This document shows, piece after piece, positions 1-9,008 of a DNA stretch of 64,000 nucleotides (its first letter is position 1; each line of letters begins with the position of its first letter). This stretch comes from Verrucomicrobiota bacterium (GTDB taxonomy: Bacteria > Verrucomicrobiota > Verrucomicrobiia > Limisphaerales > CANJXF01), in NCBI GenBank assembly GCA_038214755.1, contig JBBQRQ010000002.1:47882-111881 (forward strand). Reading direction: 5' to 3'. Under the pieces are notes generated by a model. It was not told the origin of the DNA and made no database searches. It saw only the letters and a program-made list of their open reading frames with translations. A program made the translations under genes and the position numbers.

Positions 1-138
1 AAAAATTCATGGTTGAACGAATTGCTGGAAACGGTGGAAACGCTGGAAATTGTTTCGGACGCAAACGCGATGAAGGCCATTCAGGACGCCGAGGCTGGCC
101 GTGGAAAAGTATATGACGTAAAGGATTTGCCGGAGTGA
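1..138 (+). CDS. Phd/YefM-type antitoxin, C-terminal fragment (5' end outside window)
   Basis: Frame 1 is open from base 1: ...NELLETVETLEIVSDANAMKAIQDAEAGRGKVYDVKDLPE, with TGA at 136-138. The tail resembles Phd/YefM antitoxin C-termini. No toxin ORF follows. Confidence 0.45.
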   Translation, partial: KNSWLNELLETVETLEIVSDANAMKAIQDAEAGRGKVYDVKDLPE

Positions 139-222
139 ATTACCGGGTCAAAGTTTGGGAGCAGGTCTGGGAATTTGGTTCTTCGACATTTTCAGTGGAA
201 CAGAGTCCGGTTGTTCCCAAAA

Positions 223-320
223 AGCGGTGGAGGGCCACCGCAGTCCAAGACGCTCTCGCGCGATTGATGCGCCATCGAAATTCGCGCGAGCGTCTTGGAC
301 TGCGGTGGCCCTCCACCGCT
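223..320. repeat. Palindromic repeat pair (about 40-nt arms, 18-nt spacer), non-GTAG family
   Basis: The arm agcggtggagggccaccgcagtccaagacgctctcgcgcga (223-263) is near-perfectly complementary to 282-320. This explains the mutually antisense ORFs 135..413, 140..367 and 148..339. Confidence 0.85.
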
Positions 321-409
321 CTGGCCACGACGACCGCAAAGCTCCGCCGACCTAACCTTTGGATCATTGAGCAAAGGCTCGGGACTCTTTTTCAGAGGCG
401 CACACGGAG

Positions 410-1018
410 ATGATTTCCGAAACGGAATTAATCAGGCGCTGCCGGCAAGGAGAGTCAGCGGCGTGGGATGAATTGTTTGATCGGCATTACGCCGCAACCG
501 CGCGGTTTATTTTCCAGTTGTCTCCTGATGTTTCGCGCGAAGACGCCGAAGAAATTTGTCAGGAAGTTTTTTTGTCCGTCATAAAAAATCTCGCGACCTT
601 TCATGGCGGGAGCCAATTGCAAACCTGGATTTTTCGCATCGCGTCGAACAAAACGCGGGACTTTCGCGAGAAACAGCGAGCGGCTAAAAGAGGCGGAGGC
701 GTCGCGCCCATTTCGTTGCAGGCCGAAAATATTGAAACAGGATTAACGCTTGATCCGGCAAGTTTGTTGCCCGGCCCCGATGAAATTTTGTCGAGCGCCG
801 AACAAGCGCGACAGGTCACCGCCGCTCTGGAAAAGCTGGAGCAACCTTGCCACGAAATTATTCATCTGCGTTACTTCGCCGACTTGAGCTACCAGGAGAT
901 TTCCTGCGAGTTGAAGTTGAACGAAAAAACGGTCAGCTCGCGTTTGAGCAAGTGCCTTGATCAATTGGAAAAAATTCTTCTCTCCAGCGAGGAGAGGAAA
1001 ACCAGTTTTCCCGTCTAA
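410..1018 (+). CDS. ECF-type RNA polymerase sigma-70 factor
   Basis: ATG at 410 after GGAGA. Region 2 motifs (AWDELFDRHY, FIFQL) and region 4 HTH (YFADLSYQEISCELKLNEKTVSSRLSK). Confidence 0.85.
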   Translation: MISETELIRRCRQGESAAWDELFDRHYAATARFIFQLSPDVSREDAEEICQEVFLSVIKNLATFHGGSQLQTWIFRIASNKTRDFREKQRAAKRGGGVAPISLQAENIETGLTLDPASLLPGPDEILSSAEQARQVTAALEKLEQPCHEIIHLRYFADLSYQEISCELKLNEKTVSSRLSKCLDQLEKILLSSEERKTSFPV

Positions 1019-1024
1019 CTTGAT

Positions 1025-2128
1025 ATGCCAGAGGAGCCGAACAAAAAAATGGAGGAGTTGCTCAAGCGCCACGCGCAGGAGCTTCGCGAAAAAGCGACGG
1101 CTGATTTCGAGTTGCATCCGGCGACGCGCAGAATTTTGCAGGACGAAGCGTCGCGAGTTTATCCGAGCGAGATCGCGAAACCTTCGCGAAAAAATTTCGT
1201 TTGGTTCTGGCCGCGGCTCGCTGTCGCCGGTGTTTTTACCGCTTTGTTTGCGGTGATGTTGCTGCAATTGAACTCGCCCAGAAATCGTTCGCTCCCATCC
1301 GTTTCTTCAATGCGAAAGGCAAAGGATTTCTCCGGTGCGCCCGTACTGGAACAGCCAGGAGAAGGGCCAAAAAGGTTTTTCTCTGCGGCTGCCGATAAAG
1401 CGGAATTGTCACAGATTTCTCCCGCGACTCCTCCGTCAAGTTCTTTAGCCACGCGTCGGGAATTTGGCGCAGTCGGGGGTGTCAGCGGATTGGCCACGGA
1501 GGCGAATCAGGCGAAGCAATCGTCGGATGATGCGAATCGCTCAATTACTGCCTCTAGCGAACTTGACACTTTGGCCGCAACCAAATCTGTCCCACGCGGA
1601 GACACAGCGGAAAATTCTTCGCTCCCAGCGCCCGCGTCCACGATAAATCCAAGGCAGGCGGCCCCGGACAAGTCTGACACCAATGCTTTGTTGCCTAATC
1701 GACGCCAATTTGTGCGCCAGGATCTGCGCGCCAGCTATCGACAAAATCTTTTGTCCCCAGCGCAACCAAAAATTCTGGAGACGTTTGAACTGGCGCAAGC
1801 GGGAAATAAAATTCAATTGATCGACAGTGACGGTTCGGTTTACGAGGGAGAAATCGTTGACGCGAGCGCAGACGTTTCATCCGGCAGCGAGTTGAAAAGA
1901 AAGGAACCCTCGCGATTCGGCTTTCGAGTTTCTGGAAAAAACCTTCATCTCAATCAGACGGTGACTTTCAGTGGGAGGCTTGAGGAAACAACCAAGGCTT
2001 CGACGAAAGACAGATCGAAAATTTCAGAGGAATTTAAAACAGGACAAACAAATAGAACGCTTCACGGAAAGATTTCTATTGGCGGAACAAACGAGTTTGA
2101 AATCCAGGCTATCGAATTGCCGCGATGA
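1025..2128 (+). CDS. Putative anti-sigma factor / single-pass membrane protein
   Basis: Starts 7 nt after the sigma gene. One TM helix (FVWFWPRLAVAGVFTALFAVMLLQL). The low-complexity Ser/Ala/Pro-rich extracytoplasmic part has no recognisable domain. Confidence 0.45.
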   Translation: MPEEPNKKMEELLKRHAQELREKATADFELHPATRRILQDEASRVYPSEIAKPSRKNFVWFWPRLAVAGVFTALFAVMLLQLNSPRNRSLPSVSSMRKAKDFSGAPVLEQPGEGPKRFFSAAADKAELSQISPATPPSSSLATRREFGAVGGVSGLATEANQAKQSSDDANRSITASSELDTLAATKSVPRGDTAENSSLPAPASTINPRQAAPDKSDTNALLPNRRQFVRQDLRASYRQNLLSPAQPKILETFELAQAGNKIQLIDSDGSVYEGEIVDASADVSSGSELKRKEPSRFGFRVSGKNLHLNQTVTFSGRLEETTKASTKDRSKISEEFKTGQTNRTLHGKISIGGTNEFEIQAIELPR

Positions 2129-2148
2129 CTTGCAGACATTCCGAGCGA

Positions 2149-2223
2149 GGTAGGGCGGGCCAGTCCTCTGCCCGCCGCTATTTTAAGGCGAGACAAGGCG
2201 GCAGAGGACTGACCCGCCCTACC
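2149..2223. repeat. REPIN-like inverted REP pair (GTAG-headed)
   Basis: ggtagggcgggccagtcctctgcccgcc (2149-2176) pairs with ggcggcagaggactgacccgccctacc (2197-2223). Confidence 0.85.
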
Positions 2224-2281
2224 TTTTGGTTTGCAAAAAATGGTTTGCCTCACCAGCGGTTCAGTTGGAAAATATTTTCCC

Positions 2282-2956
2282 ATGGCGAAGCTTCTAAAAA
2301 TTCCGCGACGATTTCGTTTCGAGCATGGCCTGTTGCAAAATGGCATCACACAAATCGCCGGCATCGACGAAGCGGGCCGCGGGCCACTGGCCGGGCCAGT
2401 GGTGGCGGCGGCGGTTCTTCTGCCGGTGGATTGGATTCTTGGCGGCCTTCCGAAGAAGTTGAAAAAGACCAACGACTCCAAACAACTCAATCATCAGGAG
2501 CGTGAAAATCTTTTCGCCGAACTCACGGCGCATTCTGCGATTCGCTACGGCGTCGGGCATGTTGATGAACGGATGATCGATCAAATCAATATTTTGCAAG
2601 CGACCCATCGCGCCATGAATTTCGCGCTGGCGCAACTCGATCCTTTTCCGCAGCACGCGCTGGTCGATGGCTTGCCCGTCAAAACTCTCTGTTGTCCGCA
2701 AACGGCGATTGTCGATGGCGATTGCCTCAGCTACTCCATCGCGGCGGCGAGCATCATCGCGAAAGTCACGCGCGACCGGATGATGATCGCGTATCACGAA
2801 GCTTTTCCGCTCTACGGTTTTCACGAGCACAAAGGGTATGGGACGCCGGAGCATGTCGCCGCTCTCAAACAGCACGGGCCATGTCCGATTCATCGAATGA
2901 CATTTTCTCCAATTCGACCGGAGCAAACGGAATTTTACGGGCAGAACGAAATCTGA
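2282..2956 (+). CDS. rnhB: Ribonuclease HII
   Basis: IAGIDEAGRGPLAGPVVAAAV catalytic motif, DSKQL, and AASIIAKVTRD...GYGT. The ATG at 2282 is chosen over the TTG at 2231. Confidence 0.9.
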   Translation: MAKLLKIPRRFRFEHGLLQNGITQIAGIDEAGRGPLAGPVVAAAVLLPVDWILGGLPKKLKKTNDSKQLNHQERENLFAELTAHSAIRYGVGHVDERMIDQINILQATHRAMNFALAQLDPFPQHALVDGLPVKTLCCPQTAIVDGDCLSYSIAAASIIAKVTRDRMMIAYHEAFPLYGFHEHKGYGTPEHVAALKQHGPCPIHRMTFSPIRPEQTEFYGQNEI

Positions 2957-2969
2957 TTCGAGGGAAGGA

Positions 2970-3059
2970 GTAGTGGGGCAGTGCTTCCAGCCTGCCATCT
3001 TTAAAAATTTTTGGTCAGGTCACAAAACAAAAGTCAGGCTGGAAGCTCTGCCCCACTAC
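2970..3059. repeat. REPIN-like inverted REP pair (GTAG-headed)
   Basis: gtagtggggcagtgcttccagcctgcc (2970-2996) pairs with gtcaggctggaagctctgccccactac (3033-3059). It fills the rnhB-yraN spacer. Confidence 0.85.
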
Positions 3060-3067
3060 TTTCTTCC

Positions 3068-3496
3068 ATGAATTTTCTCCAACAAATGAAATCGTTGTTC
3101 GCCGGAAAAATTTTGCCGGAACATTTGCGGCGTGGCGCGCTCGGCGAAAAGGCGGCAAAAAAATATTTGCAGAAAAACGGATTGAAATTTCTTTGCGCCA
3201 ATTACCGCTCCGCTCGCGGCGAAATGGATTTGGTTTTTCGCGAAGGCGATTGCCTGGTGTTCGTCGAAGTAAAAACTCGTTCCTCAGAAGGTTGGACCCG
3301 CCCCGCTGCCGCCGTGAACGCGCGTAAGCGAAAACTTCTTTCCGGCTGCGCGCTGGATTATTTGCAACTGCTGAAAAATCCCGAGCTGAAATTGCGTTTC
3401 GACATTGTGGAAGTTTTGTTGAGCGACGGCGCGGTGCGCGAGATTCGCCATTTGCCGAATACGTTCACGCTCTCAAAACCGTATCGTTACGGATAA
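3068..3496 (+). CDS. yraN: YraN-family (UPF0102) endonuclease-like protein
   Basis: GEKAAKKYLQKNGLKFLCANYRSARGEMDLVFREGDCLVFVEVKTR is the typical YraN core. ATG at 3068. Confidence 0.8.
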   Translation: MNFLQQMKSLFAGKILPEHLRRGALGEKAAKKYLQKNGLKFLCANYRSARGEMDLVFREGDCLVFVEVKTRSSEGWTRPAAAVNARKRKLLSGCALDYLQLLKNPELKLRFDIVEVLLSDGAVREIRHLPNTFTLSKPYRYG

Positions 3497-3520
3497 AAAT
3501 CTTAAAAACATCTTCACCTT

Positions 3521-3606
3521 GTAGGAGACGACGTGAGGAGTCTCTGACTAAAATTGGCCGATCCTGCGCTTCGTAAAAATCAGAGTCTTTTCACGTCGTC
3601 TCCTAC
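3521..3606. repeat. REPIN-like inverted REP pair (GTAG-headed)
   Basis: gtaggagacgacgtgaggagtctctga (3521-3547) pairs with tcagagtcttttcacgtcgtctcctac (3580-3606). Confidence 0.85.
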
Positions 3607-3664
3607 GGTGAGAAATTCGGGATCGTTGAAAATAGAAATAGGCGCGGAAGAGCATGATGCTACG

Positions 3665-6121
3665 ATGCCAGCCATGAAACCTTTCCCCAATAAAGTTACG
3701 CTCCTGCTATTTACCTTTGTCCTGCTCCTGACGGGCGGCGCGGAAGCGGTGCGCGGGCAATCCGCCCTCGACGGTTTCGACCCGAACGCCAACGGCGAGG
3801 TCCGCGTCGTCGTCGTCCAACCGGACGGCAAGATTCTTCTCGGCGGCGATTTTACCACCCTCTCACCAAACGGCGGGGCGGCGGTCACGCGCAACCGCAT
3901 CGCGCGTTTCAACCCGGACGGAACGCTCGACACGGCTTTTAACCCGAACGCGAGCAATAATGTCTATTCAATCGCGTTGCAGTCGGACGGCAAGATTCTG
4001 GTCGGCGGCTTATTCGGCGGCGCGAACAGCATCGGCGGGGCGACGCGCAATTATATCGCGCGACTCAATGCGACAACCGGATTGGCTGATTCGTTTAACC
4101 CGAACGCGAACAATTCTGTCAATTCAATCGTGGTGCAGTCGGACGGGAAGATTCTGGTCGGCGGCGCATTCGGCGGCGCAAACGGCATCGGCGGGGCGAC
4201 GCGCAATCGTATCGCGCGACTCAGTGCCACAACCGGATTGGCTGATTCGTTTGACCCGAACGCGAACAATGTTGTCAATTCAATCGCGGTGCAGTCGGAC
4301 GGCAAGATTCTAGCGGGCGGCAATTTCTTCGGCGCAAACAGCATCGGTGGGGCGACGCGCAATCGTATCGCGCGACTCGATGCGGTGACCGGGTTGGCTG
4401 ATTCGTTTGACCCGAACGCGAACAGCACTGTCAATTCAATCGCGTTGCAGTCGGACGGGAAGATTCTCGTTGGCGGCTTTTTCAACGGCGCAAACAGCAT
4501 CGGCGGGGAAGCGCGCAATCGTATCGCGCGACTCAGTGCGACAACCGGATTGGCTGATTCGTTTGACCCGAACGCGAACAATGCTGTCGAATCAATCACG
4601 GTGCAGTCGGACGGGAAGATTCTCGTCGGCGGCTTTTTCATCGGCGCAAACAGCATCGGCGGGGCGACGCGCAATCGTATCGCGCGACTCGATGCGACAA
4701 CCGGATTGGCAGATTCGTTTGACCCGAACGCGAACAGTGTTGTCTATTCAATCGCGGTGCAGTCGGACGGCAAGATTCTGGTCGGCGGCTTATTCGTCGG
4801 CGCAAACGGCATCGGCGGAGCAACGCGTAATTATATCGCCCGACTCGAACGCGACGGTACGCTCGACAAGACGCTCGATCCGAATACGGTCGGCACTTTT
4901 GTTACCGCCACCGCCGTTCAGCCGGACGGCAAAGTCATCATCGGCGGCGATTTTACAAGCGTTCTCGGACAACCGCGCAATCGCATCGCCCGTTTGAACG
5001 CCGACGGAACGCTCGACACGGTTTTCAACCCGAACGCGAACAGTTCTGTCAATTCAATCGCGGTGCAGTCGGACGGCAAGATTCTGGTCGGGGGTACTTT
5101 CAGCGGCGCAAACAGCATCGGCGGAGCGACGCGCAATTATATCGCGCGACTCAGTGCGACAACCGGATTGGCTGATTCGTTTAACCCGAACGCGAACGAC
5201 ACTGTCTATTCAATCGCGGTGCAGTCGGACGGCAAGATTCTGGTCGGCGGCGTATTCGTCGGCGCAAACAGCATCGGCGGGGCGACGCGCAATCGTATCG
5301 CGCGAATAGATGCGGTGACCGGGTTGGCTGATTCGTTTGACCCGAACGCGAACGGCGTTGTCATATCAATCGCGGTGCAGTCGGACGGCAAGATTTTAGT
5401 GGGCGGCTTATTCAACGGCGCAAACGGCATCGGCGGAGCAACGCGCAATCGTATCGCGCGAATAGATGCGACAACCGGATTGGCTGATTCGTTTGACCCG
5501 AACGCGAACGCCATTGTCTATTCAATCGCGTTGCAGTCGGACGGCAAGATTCTGGCGGGCGGCGAATTCACCAACATCGGCGGACAGACGCGCAGCCTTT
5601 TCGCACGTTTGAGTAACGACACCGCCGCGCTGCAAAACCTCGCCGTGACCCAAACCACCATTACCTGGACGCGCGGCGGCTCCAGCCCGAAATTCGCGCG
5701 GGTTACCTTTGAGTATTCAACCGACAATGTGAACTACACTCCCTTGGGCAACGGCACGGCAGCCGGGAGCAACTGGACCCTGACAGGTTTGAGCCTCTCC
5801 ACCGGACAGAACATCTACCTCCGCGCGCGCGGTTATTATCGCAGCGGCTACCTCAACGGCTCGGAGAGCATCACGGAATCGGTGCGGAATGCGTTTCTGA
5901 GCGCGACGCTACAGCCGCTCTTGAATATCCAACGCAGCGCGAACACGAATGTCGTGCTGTCGTGGGCGACGAACTTCACCGGCTTCACCCTGGAGTCCAA
6001 CACCAACCTCAACACGAATGTCTGGAGCGTCGTCTCGCCCGCGCCCACTGTCAGCGGCACGAACAACGTTGTGACGAATGCCATCGGCGGATCGACGCGC
6101 TTCTACCGCTTGCGCCAATGA
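3665..6121 (+). CDS. Secreted delta-60 repeat domain protein
   Basis: Signal peptide MPAMKPFPNKVTLLLFTFVLLLTGGAEA. Twelve units of the type ARLxATTGLADSFDPNANxxVxSIAVQSDGKILVGGxFxGANSIGGATRNRI. C-terminal beta-rich domain ending ...STRFYRLRQ. The TTG at 3554 lies in a REP and is rejected as the start. Confidence 0.8.
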   Translation: MPAMKPFPNKVTLLLFTFVLLLTGGAEAVRGQSALDGFDPNANGEVRVVVVQPDGKILLGGDFTTLSPNGGAAVTRNRIARFNPDGTLDTAFNPNASNNVYSIALQSDGKILVGGLFGGANSIGGATRNYIARLNATTGLADSFNPNANNSVNSIVVQSDGKILVGGAFGGANGIGGATRNRIARLSATTGLADSFDPNANNVVNSIAVQSDGKILAGGNFFGANSIGGATRNRIARLDAVTGLADSFDPNANSTVNSIALQSDGKILVGGFFNGANSIGGEARNRIARLSATTGLADSFDPNANNAVESITVQSDGKILVGGFFIGANSIGGATRNRIARLDATTGLADSFDPNANSVVYSIAVQSDGKILVGGLFVGANGIGGATRNYIARLERDGTLDKTLDPNTVGTFVTATAVQPDGKVIIGGDFTSVLGQPRNRIARLNADGTLDTVFNPNANSSVNSIAVQSDGKILVGGTFSGANSIGGATRNYIARLSATTGLADSFNPNANDTVYSIAVQSDGKILVGGVFVGANSIGGATRNRIARIDAVTGLADSFDPNANGVVISIAVQSDGKILVGGLFNGANGIGGATRNRIARIDATTGLADSFDPNANAIVYSIALQSDGKILAGGEFTNIGGQTRSLFARLSNDTAALQNLAVTQTTITWTRGGSSPKFARVTFEYSTDNVNYTPLGNGTAAGSNWTLTGLSLSTGQNIYLRARGYYRSGYLNGSESITESVRNAFLSATLQPLLNIQRSANTNVVLSWATNFTGFTLESNTNLNTNVWSVVSPAPTVSGTNNVVTNAIGGSTRFYRLRQ
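3758..5601 (+). repeat. Twelve tandem coding repeats of about 156 bp (141-156 bp) inside the delta-60 gene
   Basis: Strings such as gattggctgattcgtttgacccgaacgcgaaca and gcagtcggacggcaagattct recur about every 156 bp with high nucleotide identity. Confidence 0.9.
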
Positions 6122-6124
6122 AAA

Positions 6125-6224
6125 GTAGGGCAGCGCGTCTCGCCTGCCCAGCTGAACGCGTCAGCGTGAGCGTAATGAAATTTTGTTTCCCACATGGGAA
6201 GGCAGGCTGGAAGCACTGCCCTAC
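6125..6224. repeat. REPIN-like inverted REP pair (GTAG-headed)
   Basis: gtagggcagcgcgtctcgcctgcc (from 6125) pairs imperfectly with ggcaggctggaagcactgccctac (6201-6224). It sits between two convergent genes. Confidence 0.75.
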
Positions 6225-6225
6225 T

Positions 6226-7266
6226 TTACAAATGTTCCCCCGCCATCACGTCAGTTTCTTTTAATGCGAGTGCGAATGGTTCCAATGGCATTGGCTCATC
6301 GTGCTCTAAAAACTTTTTGCAGAGTTGGAAAAAATCGCGCTCCGTGGTCACGCGGCGAATCGCGTGGAGAAATTCTCCGGTTGGCTCGATTCCCATGCCG
6401 ATGTAGTTCATGTATTTTTTCATTTTCTGGACGTGCGCGTTCTCGCTGATTTGCGGCGGACGAACCGTTTCAAATAAGTCGCGCAAATAATTTAGAACCT
6501 CAAAACCTTTCGGAACAAACAGCGCTTCGCCCTTTTGCTGTTGCCGAATTTGTCGAAACAACCACGGATTGCGAATTGCCCCCCGCCCAATCATCAGACC
6601 GCGCGCGCCGGTGTTTTTTAAAACTTCATCCGCCTTTTTTGCGGAATAAATATTTCCATTCGCGAGCACCGGGAATGGCAGTTCTGCCACGGCGCGCGCG
6701 ATAAAATCGTAATGCACTTCGCTGCGATACATTTCCTTCACCGTGCGTCCATGCACCGTCAGCAAATCAATTTTGTGTTTCGCAAAAATCGGGAGCAACT
6801 CGTCGAACACGTCGGATGAATCAAATCCGAGCCGTGTCTTGACCGTGAACTTGATGGAAATCGCCTCGCGCAATGCGCCGAGAATTGAATCGACTTTTTG
6901 TGGTTCGCGCAACAAACCGCCGCCCGCGCATTTCCGATAAACCACTGGCGCGGGACAACCGAGATTCAAATCAATCGCCGCGATGGGATATTGCTGGAGT
7001 TCTTTCACCGTGCGAATGAGCGACGGAATATCATTGCCAATCATTTGTGCTACGACCGGTTTGCCCGTGGGATTTCTTGTGATCGATTCGAGAATCCATT
7101 TCTCAAGATTGGAAGTTGGATGAACGCGAAAATATTCTGTGTAATAAACATCCGCGCCACCATAGCGCGTCATCAATTTCCAGAACGGCAAATCGGTCAC
7201 GTCCTGCATCGGCGCGAGCGCGAGGATCGGCGCGGGATTTTTTAGAATGGAATCGAAATTATTCAT
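6226..7266 (-). CDS. dus: tRNA-dihydrouridine synthase (Dus family)
   Basis: LAPMQDVTDLPFW, DLNLGCPAPVV and VHGRTVKEMY motifs. ATG at 7266. Confidence 0.85.
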   Translation of the reverse strand: MNNFDSILKNPAPILALAPMQDVTDLPFWKLMTRYGGADVYYTEYFRVHPTSNLEKWILESITRNPTGKPVVAQMIGNDIPSLIRTVKELQQYPIAAIDLNLGCPAPVVYRKCAGGGLLREPQKVDSILGALREAISIKFTVKTRLGFDSSDVFDELLPIFAKHKIDLLTVHGRTVKEMYRSEVHYDFIARAVAELPFPVLANGNIYSAKKADEVLKNTGARGLMIGRGAIRNPWLFRQIRQQQKGEALFVPKGFEVLNYLRDLFETVRPPQISENAHVQKMKKYMNYIGMGIEPTGEFLHAIRRVTTERDFFQLCKKFLEHDEPMPLEPFALALKETDVMAGEHL

Positions 7267-7297
7267 CGGGATTTCTTAAACTGGACTCTGGAAGAGT

Positions 7298-7364
7298 CCG
7301 CAACCTGCACGCAAGATGCGTGCGCTACGTTGGTAGCGCAGGCTTCCCAGCCTGCAGGTTGCGG
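7298..7364. repeat. Inverted REP pair with GTAG heads facing inward
   Basis: ccgcaacctgca...gcgctac (7298-7328), then gttg, then gtagcgcaggcttcccagcctgcaggttgcgg (7333-7364). Confidence 0.75.
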
Positions 7365-7395
7365 GGGCTTCCAGCCGCCAGTGAAAAAAAGTTTC

Positions 7396-8322
7396 TCAGA
7401 ATTGCGGATGACTTTGCAACTTCTCCCACGTTTCCTCCGACAATGGCGCTTGCCGATAAATCGCTGTCCGCATTGGTTCAGCGCTAGTCGAATTTCGCAC
7501 CCGCTCCAGCCATTTTTTTTCAAGTGGTTCTTCAATCAATTCCATTGTGTTCGCGGCAATCGTGGTTTCTTCTTTTTCGCCAGTGGCGTGACCGACACCG
7601 ACAAAAAATCCGGCGAGCAGTAAAGTCACTCGCAACATGGTCGCGCGCGAATACGTCGGCATCGCGCACGGTTTTTGTGGATCGAGCAGACGAAATAAAT
7701 TTGTGAAAAGCGGCAGTGTCCACATCGCCGGATTTTTCGCGGGAGAAAAAGCGTCGAACAAAATCGCGTGGGGCGCGGGGAAAGAGCGAGTGGGTAAGTG
7801 AGAAAGTGCGCGGGTGAGAAGCGAAGGAAAATTGGCGAGATGAAATTCCCAGATCACGAGTTGTTTTTCATTGCTGAAATTAATTCGTCCATGCTCGATC
7901 AATGCTCTCACCTTCGTCTCATAATCGGCAAGGTAGCCGAGGTCTTCCGCATGATTCATCGCAAATTCCAGAGGAGAAAGGGTGTAATCAAAACTCACAA
8001 TCCGAACCGTCGATGGAACATTTTTTGTTTCGCGTAAAACGGTCAGCACATTCGCCGCCGCACCGAGGCCAACGTCCCAAATGACAAATTCGCCGATGTG
8101 TTTCGCGAGGCGTTCGCGTAATTGGAGTTGCCTGACGTAAAGCGCTTCAGCTTCGGCGACCGGGCCGATGACGGGATGAAACGTTTCCCGTTCAGCGAGC
8201 GAATGGATGCTGTAAGTTCCATTCGCCAGTTGCACGATCTTGTAGTCGCCAGATTGCACCGCCAATTCTTGCCACAAAAAAAAGAAAAAAACACAGAGAG
8301 GAAAACGAAAGCCGGGTAGCAT
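7396..8322 (-). CDS. MnmD/DUF752-like SAM-dependent tRNA methyltransferase
   Basis: IWDVGLGAAANVL and ILFDAFSPAKNPAMWT motifs. The ATG at 8322 lies inside a REP, so the true start may be a downstream TTG/GTG near 8240-8275. Confidence 0.7.
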   Translation of the reverse strand: MLPGFRFPLCVFFFFLWQELAVQSGDYKIVQLANGTYSIHSLAERETFHPVIGPVAEAEALYVRQLQLRERLAKHIGEFVIWDVGLGAAANVLTVLRETKNVPSTVRIVSFDYTLSPLEFAMNHAEDLGYLADYETKVRALIEHGRINFSNEKQLVIWEFHLANFPSLLTRALSHLPTRSFPAPHAILFDAFSPAKNPAMWTLPLFTNLFRLLDPQKPCAMPTYSRATMLRVTLLLAGFFVGVGHATGEKEETTIAANTMELIEEPLEKKWLERVRNSTSAEPMRTAIYRQAPLSEETWEKLQSHPQF

Positions 8323-8383
8323 CGGCCTCCGGCGGGTGCGAAGTGACGATGATTTTTTCGCACCCGCCGGAGGCCGATGCTAC
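8316..8383. repeat. REPIN-like inverted REP pair (GTAGCATCGGCCTCCGGCGGGTGCGA family)
   Basis: gtagcatcggcctccggcgggtgcgaa pairs with ttcgcacccgccggaggccgatgctac across a short spacer. Confidence 0.9.
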
Positions 8384-8438
8384 TCCACGCCTGGTTATTT
8401 TCTTTGTGCCTTTGTGCCTCAGTGGTAAAAACTCCGGG

Positions 8439-8918
8439 ATGGATCCGCTCTTAAAACTTTTGCATGACAACGCCGCGCTCAAACCGGCGCAACTCGCGTC
8501 GATGTTGAATCAGTCCGAAGCCGAAGTGGCCGCAAAAATAAAAACGTATGAAGCCGACCACGTCATTCTCGGCTACCGCACGGTTTTGAATGAAGAAAAA
8601 ATTGGCGTGGACATCGTGCGCGCTGTGATCGAAGTGAAAATTACGCCCGAACGCGGTGGCGGTTTCGATCGGCTGGCAGAGCGCATCGCAAAATATTCCG
8701 AAGTTCGTTCCTGTTATTTGATGTCTGGCGGCTACGATTTACTCGTCATCGTTGAAGGCAATAACCTTCGCGAAGTGGCGGCGTTCGTCTCCGAAAAGCT
8801 GGCGACCATTCAAGGCGTCGTTTCGACGGCCACGCATTTCATGCTTAAGCCTTACAAAGAGCAGGGTGTCCTGATGCAGCGCGAAAAGAATGAGGAACGG
8901 CTGGCGATTTCGCCGTGA
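8439..8918 (+). CDS. Lrp/AsnC family transcriptional regulator
   Basis: ATG at 8439 (MDPLLKLLHDNAALKPAQLASMLNQSE, an HTH). C-terminal AsnC-type domain (VIEVKITPE...CYLMSGGYDLLVIVEG). Confidence 0.8.
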   Translation: MDPLLKLLHDNAALKPAQLASMLNQSEAEVAAKIKTYEADHVILGYRTVLNEEKIGVDIVRAVIEVKITPERGGGFDRLAERIAKYSEVRSCYLMSGGYDLLVIVEGNNLREVAAFVSEKLATIQGVVSTATHFMLKPYKEQGVLMQREKNEERLAISP

Positions 8919-9008
8919 GGGGAGCGGGGCCAACTGCCGGTGGGTAAGAAATATCTCGTGTTGAGGAATATTCCGACCCGTCAAATTCACCAGCAAACTG
9001 GCGCGAAA

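Noticed and set aside
135-413. ORFs 135..413, 140..367, 148..339, 155..355 and 192..374
   Set aside because: They are mutually antisense frames spanning a palindromic repeat. Similar REP-encoded ORFs or extensions are rejected at 2062..2505, 6183..6449, 8043..8482, 12496..12956 and 35355..35786.
3554-3664. Upstream alternative starts giving long N-terminal extensions (3554 for the delta-60 gene, 14428 for the Pup-ligase gene, 18140 for the DUF3857 gene, 23642 for the BatA-N gene, 55418 for nnrS)
   Set aside because: The extensions run through REP/IS repeats or overlap the preceding gene. Internal starts give signal peptides, family-typical N-termini or ATGA/TTGA coupling.
3960-5514. Multiple 100-200-aa ORFs in other frames and on the opposite strand within the delta-60 gene (3960..4313, 4051..4674, 4407..4997, 5206..5514)
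   Set aside because: They are periodic artefacts of the 156-bp DNA repeats. Only the delta-60 frame has a signal peptide and a known repeat signature.
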